This document shows positions 1 through 10,020 of a stretch of 64,000 bases of DNA, piece by piece. The translations under genes and the position numbers were made by a program. Positions within the stretch are counted from its first letter, which is position 1; every line of letters starts with the position of its first letter. The notes beneath the pieces were generated by a model. It was not told where the DNA came from and ran no database searches. It saw only the letters and a program-made list of their open reading frames with translations. Location: contig JASGHG010000001.1 of assembly GCA_047602425.1 (NCBI GenBank), forward strand, positions 704,001-768,000, read 5' to 3'. The stretch is from Nibricoccus sp. GTDB taxonomy: Bacteria; Verrucomicrobiota; Verrucomicrobiia; Opitutales; Opitutaceae.

Positions 1-3000
1 ACCGCCTCGTTGGTGGCGGCGTCGGCATGAGCGCACTTCAATCACGCGGCATGGGCGAAGGCTGGTCCGACTTCTACGCCCTCGCACTCCTCGCTCCACC
101 CTCAGCCGACATCAATGGCGTCTATCCCACCGGCGGCTACGCCACCTACCTCCGTGGAAACATCACTGAAAACTACTACTACGGCATCCGCCGCTACCCC
201 TATTCCACCGACCTCCTCAAAAGCCCGCTCACCTACAAAGACATCGACCCGAACCAGGCCAGCCCGCACACCGGCGTCCCGCGCAATACCGCAACACCCA
301 CCACCGCCAATTCCGTCCATAACATAGGCGAAGTCTGGTGCAACATGCTCTGGGAAGCCCGCGCCAGTCTCATCGCCAAACACGGCCATGCCATCGGCAA
401 TGAACTCATGCTCCAACTCGTTACCGACGGCATGAAACTCGCCCCCGCCAATCCCACCTTCGTCCAAGCCCGCGACGCCATCATCCAGGCCGACCTCGCC
501 AAAACGTCCGGTGCCAACAAAAGCGAACTCTGGACCGCCTTCGCCAAACGCGGTCTCGGCGTCGACGCCACCTCCCCCTCCAACGCCACCACCACCGGCG
601 TCTCCGAAAGCTACGACGTTCCCGACGACCTCTCCGTCACCCCCGCGACGCCCTCCATCTCCGGCGGCGCAGCTGGCGGACCCTTCACCCCTGCAACCAT
701 CACCTACACCCTAACCAACAAGGGCACCGCCAACCTCAACTGGACCGTGTCCACCACGCAGCCTTGGGCCCATTTGGACCTGACAAGTGGTTTACTGGCT
801 CCCGGCGCCACGGCCACCGTCACCCTGACAATCAACGCCTCCACGCTCGCCAATGGCGTCTACATCACCAACACAACCTTCATCAATGCAACCAGCACGG
901 CCACTCGCAGCCGCCAGACAACCCTCACCGTCATTCCGCCTCCAGTCTTTTCCTCCCACCCCGCCAACGTCAGCACCTACGCAAGCAACTTCTTCTCGCT
1001 CTCCGCCTCCGCCACCTCCACCGCTGGCACCCTCACCTACCAGTGGAAAAAAGACGGCGTCCCCGTCGTCAACAACACACGTATCTCCGGAGCCACCACC
1101 ACCTACCTCAACGTCACCAACGCCAAGGTCTCCGACTCCGGCTCATATACCCTCGTCGCCTACAACGGTGCCACCAGCACCAGCAACGCCGCCGCTGTAA
1201 CCATTACTCTGCCTCCCCCGCCCACCATCACCACCCAGCCCAACAGCTTCACCATCTACGCCAGTAACAGCCTTAGCCTTTACGCTTCCGCCAATAGTGT
1301 CACTTCTGCCACCTACCAGTGGTTCAAAGACGGTGTCGCCATCTTCGGAGCCTCCTCCGGCAGTTACTACAAATCTCCTGCCACTACCGCTGACGCCGGC
1401 ATCTACACTTTCGTTGCCACCAACGCTGGCGGCTCCACTACCAGCTCACCGGCCACCATCATAGTTAACACCGCCTCGACTCCGGTCATCAACAGCCAGT
1501 CCACCAACCAGACCGGCTATATCGCCAATACCCTCAATATTAGCGCAACCGTTACCTCCAACATCACGGCGACCTACCAATGGTACAAAGACGGCGTCGC
1601 ACTCGTCAACGCCACCAGCCACATTTCCGGTGCCACCAGTACCGATCTCTATCTCTCCAATCTTCAGGCCTCCGACGCCGGCACCTACACCTTCATCGCC
1701 ACCAACGCCACCGGTTCCACCACCAGCGCTCCCATCGTCGTCACCGTCATTTTGCCGCCGCTCCCCACCATCACCACCCAGCCGTCCAACCAAACCCTCT
1801 ACGCCGGCGCCAACCTATACCTTTACCTCGGCGCCTCCACCAATGGCCCCGCCACCTTTCAATGGTACAAAGACGGCGTCGCCCTCGCCGACGCCACCGG
1901 CCACATCTCGGGAGCCACGACAAACTACGCCACGATCTCCCCCACCCTTGCAGCCGACGCCGGCACCTATACCTGCACCATCACCAACGCCGCCGGTTCC
2001 GTCACCAGCACCGGCGCCACCATCACCTTCAACATACCAGCCGCACCCACGCTAAACTCCCAAAGCACCGCCAGCATCACCCAGCAGGCAGGCACCTCCT
2101 TCAGCCTTTCGGTCTCCGCCAGCGGCAACGGCTACCTTGCCTACCAGTGGTACAGAAACGGCGTCGCCCTCGTCGGCGATTCTCGCATCTTCGGCGCTAC
2201 CGCCAGCAACTGCTTTATCCACAGCAGCCGCGTGGCCGATTCCGGCAGCTATACCTGCACCGTCACCAATGCCGGCGGCTCCGTCACCACCCTGCCCGTT
2301 TCCGTCACCATCACGCCGCCTCCTGCCCCCACCATTTCCTCCCAACCAGTCACCACCTACTCCGCCTACGCTGGCAATACCTTAACCAGCTACTACATCT
2401 ACGTCAACGCCAGCGGTACCGACCCTCTCGCCTACCAGTGGTACAAGGACGGCGCTCCTCTCGCGACCGACACCCGAGTCACTGCCAATACGTTCCAACT
2501 CACCATAAAAAACCTGCAAGCTTCCGACGCCGGCGTGTACCGCGTCGTCGTATCCAACGACGGCGGTTCCGTCACCAGCACCAACTGCACGATCACCATC
2601 GTTGTCCCCGCCGCCCCGGTCTTCCTCACTCATCCGTCCAACATGACGGTCCTTGAGGGCACCACCAACTCCATCGGCTGCAACGTCAACGCCAATGGAA
2701 CCATCACCTACCAGTGGTACAAGGACGGCGCCGCCATCCCCGGAGCGACCACCAACACCTACACCAAAGCTGCCGCCCTCACCGATGCCGGCCAATACTA
2801 CGTCACCGCTACCAACGCCGGCGGCACCGCCACCAGCAACACCGCCACCCTCACCGTCACCCCCGCCACCGCGCCTATCATCACTCTTCATCCCCTTTCC
2901 CAAGCCGTCTATGCCGGTGACAGCCTGAACCTCACCGCCGCCGCCATCGGCGCACCCTTGCCCACCCTCCAATGGTACAAAAACGGCACCGCGATTAGCG

Positions 3001-5906
3001 GCGCCACCACCAATACCCTCTCACTCACCAACCTCACCGCCGCCAGCAACGGCAACACGTACCACCTCGTCGCCACCAACGTCGCCGGCACCGCCACCAG
3101 CACCCCCGCCACCCTCACTATCGAATCATCAACCAGCACCAAAGTTCTCTTCCTACGCCCCGCCACGCGCACCGTCGGCTGCGCCCGCGTCACCTACCCA
3201 CTCGCCATCTACACCAAGGCCCCGTGGACCGCCTCGTCCGATGCCGCTTGGGTAAAACTCAACGTCACCAGCGGCGCCCGGGGCCGCGGTATTGAAATCA
3301 CCGTTGCGCCCAACCCATACCCCGTCGAGCGCACCGCCACCGTCACCATCGGCGAACTCACCCACACCCTCACCCAGCGCGCCGCCGGCACCCCCGTCAC
3401 CGAACTCTGGGCCACCGGTGCCAACGACCTCGGACAACTCGGCGACCACCGTCACCCACCCGTCACCTTGCCCGCCATCGTCGACAGCGACGTCATTGCG
3501 GTCTCCGCCGGCCGCTCCCACACCCTCTATATCAAATCCGACAACACTCTCTGGGGCATTGGCCACAACAACTCCGGCCAACTCGGCCTCGGCAACACCA
3601 CCAGCCAGCAGTTCCCCGTCCAGATCGCCACCGGCGTCAAAGCCATCGCCGCCGGCTACTACCACTCCGCCTTCATCAAAACCGACAACACCCTCTGGAC
3701 CTGCGGTGCTAATATCTACGGCGAAATTGGCGACGGCACCACCCTCGTCCGCACTTCTCCCGTCCAGATCGCCACCGACGTCAAAGCCGTCTCCGCCTGC
3801 GGTCTCTTCACTCTCTTCATCAAAAACGACAACACCCTGTGGGGAACCGGCCATAACAGCTACGGCCAGCTCGGCGACGGCACAGGCGAAAACCGCAAGA
3901 CTCCCTGGCAAATTGACACCAATGTCGCCCACATTGCCGCCGGCTATGTCCATACCCTCTACGTAAAAATCGACGGCACCCTCTGGGCCACCGGCTACAA
4001 CAACATGGGCCAACTCGGCGACGGCACCAACGTCGACAAAAATACGCCCACCCTTATCACCACCGACATCGCCAAAGTTTACGCCGGCTATTACCATTCC
4101 CTCATTCTGACAAAGGATTCCTCCCTCTACAGCTGCGGCTATAATTTCGACGGGCAGCTTGGCATCGGCGGCTACTCCAGCGCCAACACCCCGACCTTCG
4201 TCGCCTCCTATTTCGCCTCCGCCGCTGGGGGTGCCTACCATACGTTGTTCCTCGCAGCCGACGGCACTACCCAGTCCTCGGGCGAAGGCAGCTACTACAA
4301 ACTCTGCACGGGCGGGACCACAACCAACTCCTTCCGCTACACCGTCGCCAGTGGCGTCAAGGCCGTCGCCTGCGGCCGCGACAATTCCTTCCTCCTCAAA
4401 ACCGATGGCACTCTCTGGGCCGTCGGCGACAACGAATACGGCCAGCTCGGCTATGCCAGCCCCGGCAACGACACCCGATTCACCCCGGTCAGCATCGCCT
4501 CCGACGCCGCCACCGCCGCCGCTGGAGACAACCACACCCTCTTCCTCACCACCGGCGGCACCCTCCTCTCCGCTGGCGATAACACCTACGGCCAGCTCGC
4601 CAACGGCTCCATTCTCGGAACCAGCAGTCCCGTCCCCGGTTTCACCGGCCTGAAGGCGCTCGCCGCCGGTTACAACCATACCCTGCTCCTAAAAAACAAT
4701 GGCGACCTCTGGGCTGCAGGCTGCAACAACTACTACCAGCTCGGCGCCGGTTACTCCAGCTACACAACGCTCCCCGTCCAGATCACCACCGACATCGCCG
4801 CCCTCTCCGCCGGCTACCACCACAGCCACTTGCTCAGGACCAACAACAACCTCCTCGGCATGGGCCGAAACGACTACGGCCAGCTCGCCAACAATTCCAC
4901 CGCCAACCTCATACGCCCGACCCAGGTCGCCACCGCCGTCTCCTCTGTCGCCGACGGCGCCTATCACACCCTCGTCATCAAAAACGACGCCACCCTCTGG
5001 GCTGCCGGCGACAACACCTATGGCCAGATCGGCAATGGTACCAACACCACCGCCTATACCCCCGTCCAGATCGCCGGCAGCTACCTCGCCGCCGCCGGAG
5101 GCAACAACCACTCACTCTATCTCAAATCCGACAACACCGCCTGGGCCGCCGGTGACAACAGCTCCGGCCAGCTCGGTGACGGCACCTACACCGACCATCC
5201 CTCCCCGGTTCAGGTCCTCACCAACGTAAAAGCAATCGACGCCGGCCGGTACCATAGCCTTTGGCTCAAAACCGACAATACCCTCTGGGCCGCCGGCGAT
5301 GGCTCATCCGGCCAGTTCGGCAACGGCAGCACCAGCTACCGCAGCACCCCGGCCAAAATCGCGGCCAATATCCAGTCCTTCAAGGCCGGCGGCGCCCATA
5401 CCCTCTTCATCGCCAGCGCCGACTACCGAACCAACATTATTGCCCCAACCATCACAGCCGTCGCTCCCGCCACCTTCGCCGCCGGAGCCCAGGTCACCAT
5501 CACCGGTTACAACTTCAATAACATCCTCAGCGTCACCTTCAACGACACCGACGCCACCAGTTATACAACCAACTCCTCCACTCAAATCACCGCGGTGGTC
5601 CCCGCCGTCGACACCACCGCCTGCATCATCAAGGTCGCCAACTTCGAAGGCATCGGCACTTACCCGCAAAGTTCCAGCTCCTCATCCAGCAGCAGCTCCT
5701 CCTCCTCATCTTCCTCAAGTAGTTCGTCATCTTCCTCCTCCAGTTCCTCTTCGAGTTCCTCCAGCTCCGGATCCCCGCAGCCTCCGGCTCCGAATCCGGG
5801 CGGTGGTGGTGGCGGCGGCGGTGGCGCTCCCGGTCTTGTCTACCTGGCCGCACTCGCCGTTGCAGGTGTAGCCCGTGGTTTTTCACTCTGGGCTCGCCGA
5901 CGTTGA
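1..5906 (+). CDS. Giant surface protein, 5' end outside the window: M36 (fungalysin-like) metallopeptidase C-part, BACON-like, 8 Ig-like repeats, BACON-like, 14 RCC1 repeats, IPT/TIG, poly-Ser linker, GlyGly-CTERM-like tail
   Basis: The frame is open from base 3 (RLVGGG..QSRGMGEGWSDF, the M36 third Zn-ligand region, so HExxH lies upstream of the window). Also GIRRYPYS, VHNIGEVW and FAKRGLG; eight (Y/F/L)QW.K/R(D/N)G Ig motifs; fourteen LW..G.N..GQLG-type RCC1 motifs; APTITAVAP..GAQVTITG.NF for TIG; tail G9-APGLVYLAALAVAGVARGFSLWARRR. Confidence 0.9.
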   Translation, partial: RLVGGGVGMSALQSRGMGEGWSDFYALALLAPPSADINGVYPTGGYATYLRGNITENYYYGIRRYPYSTDLLKSPLTYKDIDPNQASPHTGVPRNTATPTTANSVHNIGEVWCNMLWEARASLIAKHGHAIGNELMLQLVTDGMKLAPANPTFVQARDAIIQADLAKTSGANKSELWTAFAKRGLGVDATSPSNATTTGVSESYDVPDDLSVTPATPSISGGAAGGPFTPATITYTLTNKGTANLNWTVSTTQPWAHLDLTSGLLAPGATATVTLTINASTLANGVYITNTTFINATSTATRSRQTTLTVIPPPVFSSHPANVSTYASNFFSLSASATSTAGTLTYQWKKDGVPVVNNTRISGATTTYLNVTNAKVSDSGSYTLVAYNGATSTSNAAAVTITLPPPPTITTQPNSFTIYASNSLSLYASANSVTSATYQWFKDGVAIFGASSGSYYKSPATTADAGIYTFVATNAGGSTTSSPATIIVNTASTPVINSQSTNQTGYIANTLNISATVTSNITATYQWYKDGVALVNATSHISGATSTDLYLSNLQASDAGTYTFIATNATGSTTSAPIVVTVILPPLPTITTQPSNQTLYAGANLYLYLGASTNGPATFQWYKDGVALADATGHISGATTNYATISPTLAADAGTYTCTITNAAGSVTSTGATITFNIPAAPTLNSQSTASITQQAGTSFSLSVSASGNGYLAYQWYRNGVALVGDSRIFGATASNCFIHSSRVADSGSYTCTVTNAGGSVTTLPVSVTITPPPAPTISSQPVTTYSAYAGNTLTSYYIYVNASGTDPLAYQWYKDGAPLATDTRVTANTFQLTIKNLQASDAGVYRVVVSNDGGSVTSTNCTITIVVPAAPVFLTHPSNMTVLEGTTNSIGCNVNANGTITYQWYKDGAAIPGATTNTYTKAAALTDAGQYYVTATNAGGTATSNTATLTVTPATAPIITLHPLSQAVYAGDSLNLTAAAIGAPLPTLQWYKNGTAISGATTNTLSLTNLTAASNGNTYHLVATNVAGTATSTPATLTIESSTSTKVLFLRPATRTVGCARVTYPLAIYTKAPWTASSDAAWVKLNVTSGARGRGIEITVAPNPYPVERTATVTIGELTHTLTQRAAGTPVTELWATGANDLGQLGDHRHPPVTLPAIVDSDVIAVSAGRSHTLYIKSDNTLWGIGHNNSGQLGLGNTTSQQFPVQIATGVKAIAAGYYHSAFIKTDNTLWTCGANIYGEIGDGTTLVRTSPVQIATDVKAVSACGLFTLFIKNDNTLWGTGHNSYGQLGDGTGENRKTPWQIDTNVAHIAAGYVHTLYVKIDGTLWATGYNNMGQLGDGTNVDKNTPTLITTDIAKVYAGYYHSLILTKDSSLYSCGYNFDGQLGIGGYSSANTPTFVASYFASAAGGAYHTLFLAADGTTQSSGEGSYYKLCTGGTTTNSFRYTVASGVKAVACGRDNSFLLKTDGTLWAVGDNEYGQLGYASPGNDTRFTPVSIASDAATAAAGDNHTLFLTTGGTLLSAGDNTYGQLANGSILGTSSPVPGFTGLKALAAGYNHTLLLKNNGDLWAAGCNNYYQLGAGYSSYTTLPVQITTDIAALSAGYHHSHLLRTNNNLLGMGRNDYGQLANNSTANLIRPTQVATAVSSVADGAYHTLVIKNDATLWAAGDNTYGQIGNGTNTTAYTPVQIAGSYLAAAGGNNHSLYLKSDNTAWAAGDNSSGQLGDGTYTDHPSPVQVLTNVKAIDAGRYHSLWLKTDNTLWAAGDGSSGQFGNGSTSYRSTPAKIAANIQSFKAGGAHTLFIASADYRTNIIAPTITAVAPATFAAGAQVTITGYNFNNILSVTFNDTDATSYTTNSSTQITAVVPAVDTTACIIKVANFEGIGTYPQSSSSSSSSSSSSSSSSSSSSSSSSSSSSSSSSSGSPQPPAPNPGGGGGGGGGAPGLVYLAALAVAGVARGFSLWARRR
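5670..5768 (+). repeat. 33-codon poly-serine linker (coding low-complexity tract)
   Basis: 33 consecutive Ser codons, using all six Ser codons. Confidence 0.95.
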
Positions 5907-5939
5907 TCCTGCGCGCATGGTGGAAGCTCGCCTTCTTCC

Positions 5940-6599
5940 ATGCGCGAACAGATTAAAGACATCCTCGACCCCAAACGGCTGCCCTGGCTTTACCTCGCGA
6001 TCTGCGTGGTGGCGACGTTTGCCGTCGCGATTCCGTCAATTCGGCCCGCGCTTGTCTACAATCGCGCCGCCATCGCCCAGGGCGAATTGTGGCGCATCTG
6101 GACCGGGCATCTCGTGCATTTCGGCTGGCCGCACGGCCTCGCCGATGGATCGCTGTTTGTGTTGATTGGTTGGGCTCTCGAACGCACCCAGAAAAAATTC
6201 AGCCACTGGTCGCTACTCATCCAGCCCGTCATTATCAGTGCCGCGCTCTTCTGGTTCGACCCCAAGATGAACATCTATGGCGGCCTCTCCGGCCTCAACG
6301 TCGGCCTGCTCGTTTTTCTCGCCTGCCGCGGCTGGCACAAAGATCGCCTCGATTGGTTCTGGCCTGCGATTCTGCTCATCCATGTTGTCGAAATCTTCCT
6401 CGAAATCCGCAACCAAGGTCACGGCGGCGGCGCCATTCGTTTCGACGATTCGTCCATCCGCGTGGCGACGATCGCGCACATTGGCGGCGCGCTCTACGGC
6501 GTGGCCAGTTGGGGCGTTCTTGCCTTGCAAAGACAGAAACCAAAAGACGCTTCGTCCGACAACAAAACGCCAGGCGACGACAATTCTAGGGGCGCGTGA
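5940..6599 (+). CDS. Rhombosortase-like rhomboid intramembrane serine protease
   Basis: L.YNRAAI.QGELWRIWTGHLVH (WR motif and His), YGGLSG (catalytic Ser), AHIGG (catalytic His); multiple TM segments; starts 33 bp after a GlyGly-CTERM-like protein. Confidence 0.85.
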   Translation: MREQIKDILDPKRLPWLYLAICVVATFAVAIPSIRPALVYNRAAIAQGELWRIWTGHLVHFGWPHGLADGSLFVLIGWALERTQKKFSHWSLLIQPVIISAALFWFDPKMNIYGGLSGLNVGLLVFLACRGWHKDRLDWFWPAILLIHVVEIFLEIRNQGHGGGAIRFDDSSIRVATIAHIGGALYGVASWGVLALQRQKPKDASSDNKTPGDDNSRGA

Positions 6600-8309
6600 T
6601 TACGACAAATCCGGCGGCACTGTCGCAATCGCTTCTTCAAGCGTGGTCAGGCCTTCCTTGACCTTGAGCAAACTGTCTTGATGCAGCGTCTTCATGCCAT
6701 TCTTCATGGCGATTTTCTTTAGTTCGGCAGATTCCATGCCCTTGTTGATGCCTTCGATCAGCTCTTCGCTGATGATCATCAACTCGTGAATACCGAGACG
6801 GCCCTTGTAGCCGCTGCCGCTGCATTTTGGGCAACCCCTTGGACTGGCCTTGTAGATCTGCCCGCTCCAGCCAATTGCCTTTTCGAAAATTTCCTTTTCG
6901 CGGTCGTGCATGTCCGCATGAACACGGCAGGATTTGCAGACGCGCCGCATAAGACGCTGCGCGCACACGCAGAGCAGCGAGGACGAAATCATGAAAGGCT
7001 CGATGCCCATGTCGGTCAGACGGGCAATCGTGCTCGGCGCATCGTTCGTGTGCAGCGTACTGATCAACAAGTGACCGGTCAGCGCGGCCTCAACGGCGAT
7101 GTTCGCGGTTTCTTTGTCTCGAATTTCGCCCACGAGAATGATGTCGGGATCTTGGCGCAGGAACGCGCGCAGCGCCGTGGCAAACGTCAGGCCGATTTGC
7201 CGGTGCATCTGCATCTGGTTGATACCGGCAAGCGTGTATTCGATCGGATCCTCAGCGGTGCGAATGACGAGTTCCGGCGAATTGATTTCGTTGAGCGCCG
7301 AGTAGAGGGTCATCGACTTACCCGAACCAGTCGGACCGCAATGCAGGATCATGCCGTAGGGCTGGCGGATCACGTCGCGGTATTTCGCAAGATTCTCCTC
7401 GGAGAAACCGAGCATCGGCAGCGGCAGTGTGGATTTCTGCTTGTCGAGAATACGCATGACCACACCTTCGCCGTGATTGAGCGGCGCAGTGGAGACACGC
7501 AAATCGATATCGATCGATTTTTTCGTGAACTGCTTGAAAACAATGCGTCCGTCCTGCGGCATGCGACGTTCGGCGATGTCGAGGTTGCACATGATCTTGA
7601 GGCGCGCGACCAAGGCCGGGCCCACCTTTGAGGGAAGGCGCAGCTTTTCCTGGCAAATGCCGTCGATGCGGTAACGAACGACGACTTCTTTCTCCCACGG
7701 CTCAATGTGAATATCGCTCGTGCCTAGGTAAAACGCGTCCTCAATAATACGGTTGGCCAGCTGGATGATGGGGCCGGAATCTTCAGCTCCCTCCTCGCCG
7801 TCTTTAATTTCGATGTCAGTAACGCCAAATTCCTCGCCGATCTGCTCAACAACGTCCTCGAAACCGGCAGACTGTGCGGACGCGGCGAACTTATCCTTGA
7901 GGTCCTTCTCGCGTGCGAGAACGCGCAGAACGCGCATGCCGGTCATTTCCTGAATCTTGACGGGCAGTGAAAGTTCAAACGGATTCGAAAACGCGACGAT
8001 CAGATAGTCACCCACCACACCGACCGGAAGGATCTGGTGCTCGGCGCAAAAATCCTGCGGCACGCGTTCGAAGGTCGATTGCGTGACTTTGTATCGAGCC
8101 ACATGATACGGAGCGAGGCCAAAGGCCTTTCCCTTGGCCACCAAAAGCTGGAGTGACGAAATTTTGTACTCTTCCTGGAGCAGCTTGTCCAAGGCATCGC
8201 CGGTCAATTCGTCCGGCGACGATGCGATTTTTTCGTGATCCGCCTCCGAAAGGCGCTCCATTTGCTCGAGCGCGCTGATGATCTGGAGTTGAAATTTTCC
8301 GAGTGCCAT
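6600..8309 (-). CDS. PilB/GspE-family secretion or pilus assembly ATPase
   Basis: [19 protein letters not shown], Walker [40 protein letters not shown], CxxC..CxxC Zn site. Confidence 0.93.
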   Translation of the reverse strand: MALGKFQLQIISALEQMERLSEADHEKIASSPDELTGDALDKLLQEEYKISSLQLLVAKGKAFGLAPYHVARYKVTQSTFERVPQDFCAEHQILPVGVVGDYLIVAFSNPFELSLPVKIQEMTGMRVLRVLAREKDLKDKFAASAQSAGFEDVVEQIGEEFGVTDIEIKDGEEGAEDSGPIIQLANRIIEDAFYLGTSDIHIEPWEKEVVVRYRIDGICQEKLRLPSKVGPALVARLKIMCNLDIAERRMPQDGRIVFKQFTKKSIDIDLRVSTAPLNHGEGVVMRILDKQKSTLPLPMLGFSEENLAKYRDVIRQPYGMILHCGPTGSGKSMTLYSALNEINSPELVIRTAEDPIEYTLAGINQMQMHRQIGLTFATALRAFLRQDPDIILVGEIRDKETANIAVEAALTGHLLISTLHTNDAPSTIARLTDMGIEPFMISSSLLCVCAQRLMRRVCKSCRVHADMHDREKEIFEKAIGWSGQIYKASPRGCPKCSGSGYKGRLGIHELMIISEELIEGINKGMESAELKKIAMKNGMKTLHQDSLLKVKEGLTTLEEAIATVPPDLS

Positions 8310-8324
8310 GGCGGTGGTGAGAGG

Positions 8325-8855
8325 TTAGGATTCGGGCGCCGGGATGGGCGAACGCGAGTTCGTCCGCACGCCGGTCGCCACTTCGAGCTTTTCAATGTAA
8401 TCGCCAATTTGCTCCAGGGTCGCGCCATACCAGACGATCGGACCATCGAGCTGTTTCTCCCAAAAAGTGCGGACGGCCGGACTCATATAGTAAGCCGTCG
8501 CCAGAAAATAAAAACCTTCGTCCTGATCGAATGGCACCGTCCAGGTGGCCCAGCAGGCGCCCAGATCGATTTTTTTCTTCAACTCTTCCGAGCCTTCGTA
8601 GTTGTGCAGATCGACCAGGCCCATGCTGTGATCTTCAACCAGATGATGCAGCACGTCCTCCTCTTTGACGACTTTCATCTCGAAGGAAAGGACGCTCAAT
8701 ACGCTGCATTGACGCGGATTGTCCTCATTGGCGATCTCGAGCAGCCGTTCGTTGGCGGTCTCCAAATCCTCGATCTTGATGAGATTCATCTCGACCAAAT
8801 TTGCGCCAAGCAAACGGTTGGCGCGCATCATCAGGGAACGGTGTTCGTTGGCCAT
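8325..8855 (-). CDS. Stand-alone MshEN/T2SSE_N-like domain protein
   Basis: RLLGANLVEMNLIKIEDLETA resembles the MshEN RLGxxLxxxGxIxxxxLxxxL motif; GLVDL..Y and VPF..D patterns of GspE N-domains; tiles tightly between obgE and the ATPase. Confidence 0.6.
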   Translation of the reverse strand: MANEHRSLMMRANRLLGANLVEMNLIKIEDLETANERLLEIANEDNPRQCSVLSVLSFEMKVVKEEDVLHHLVEDHSMGLVDLHNYEGSEELKKKIDLGACWATWTVPFDQDEGFYFLATAYYMSPAVRTFWEKQLDGPIVWYGATLEQIGDYIEKLEVATGVRTNSRSPIPAPES

Positions 8856-8866
8856 GGATTAAGGAT

Positions 8867-9884
8867 TCAGGAAGTGGAACGGGACGTGCGTCGACGTCCA
8901 CGAATGCGTTTATGAAGCGTTTTCTTGAGTTCGTCGAGCCCATCGCCGCTCAAGCAGGAGATCTCAATGAGCTCGCCTTTGTACTTCCGGCAAAACTTGG
9001 TGAGATTGGTGGCGGCTCCTTCGAGATCCATTTTGTTGGCCACAATCAAACGAGGCTTCTCGACGAGCGCCTTGTCGTAGAGTTCGAGTTCGTTGAGCAA
9101 GGTTTTGTAGTCCTCGCGCGGATCGCGTCCGTCGACACCCGCCATGTCGATGAGAAACATCAGGAGCGAGCAACGCTCGATGTGCCGGAGAAAACGATGG
9201 CCGAGGCCGCGATTCTCGCTGGCGCCTTCAATCAGTCCGGGCACGTCGGCCAGCAGCAGCCGATCGTCGTGTTCCGGGTATTCGATCACGCCAATCTGCG
9301 GGTGCAACGTGGTAAAAGGATACGCCGCCGTCTTCGGATGAGCTTTGGTGATGCAGCCGGTGAGCGATGACTTGCCTGCGTTGGGAAAACCGACCAATCC
9401 AATATCGGCAATCGTTTTTAGAATGAGCCGGTAGTTGCCATGCTCGCCGGGATGCCCGGGATTCGAGCGTTTGGGCGCACGGTTGGTGGACGACTTGAAA
9501 TGAGTATTGCCCCAGCCGCCGTTGCCGCCCTTGCAAAGCACGATTTGCTCGCCGTCCTTGATCACCTCGGCGACAACCTTGCCCGTCTCTTCGTCGATCA
9601 CGATTGTGCCCAGTGGCATCTTCAAAATGCGGTGTTCGCCATCGCGGCCATGCTGGTCGGAGCCTTGACCGTGTTCGCCGCGCTCGGCGTTCCAGTGCGG
9701 TTTGTATTTATAGTCGATGAGGTTGTTGGTATCATCGTTGCCGACGAGAATGACATCGCCGCCGCGACCGCCATCGCCGCCGTTGGGCCCGCCCCAAGGC
9801 TCATACTTCTCGCGTCGGAAGCTGATGCAGCCGCGGTCCGCCGTCACCGGCTTGAACTTTTATGACACATTCGTCGACAAACAT
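8867..9884 (-). CDS. obgE: GTPase ObgE/CgtA with an apparent +1 frameshift at about 9837
   Basis: ATG at 9884 reads MFVDECVIKVQAGDGG, then the next frame continues RGCISFRREKY..GGDGGRGG, GLVGFPNAGKSS, YPFTT, DVPGLIEGA, NKMD. Span is 1018 nt = 3n+1. Confidence 0.95.
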
Positions 9885-10020
9885 GAGGCGAGATTTACAG
9901 AGAGTGTTTTAAAATACGAGGATACACTGACAATTCGAGACCAGCGGCTGGCCGCAACGGATAGCCAGGTTCGCAGGCAAGCGAAAGAGAACAGCTTGAC
10001 CGAACACTTACATCGGTCCG

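Noticed and set aside
3400..5420. Recurrent DNA words (GGCCAGCTCGGC, ACCCTCTGG) at roughly 145-bp spacing, superficially array-like
   Set aside because: Degenerate, in frame and explained by RCC1 protein repeats; not a CRISPR array.
102..5886. Many long overlapping or antisense ORFs within the giant gene (e.g. 3153..4679 minus, 1580..2656 plus)
   Set aside because: Shadows of the strongly biased codon usage; low-complexity translations with no family motifs.
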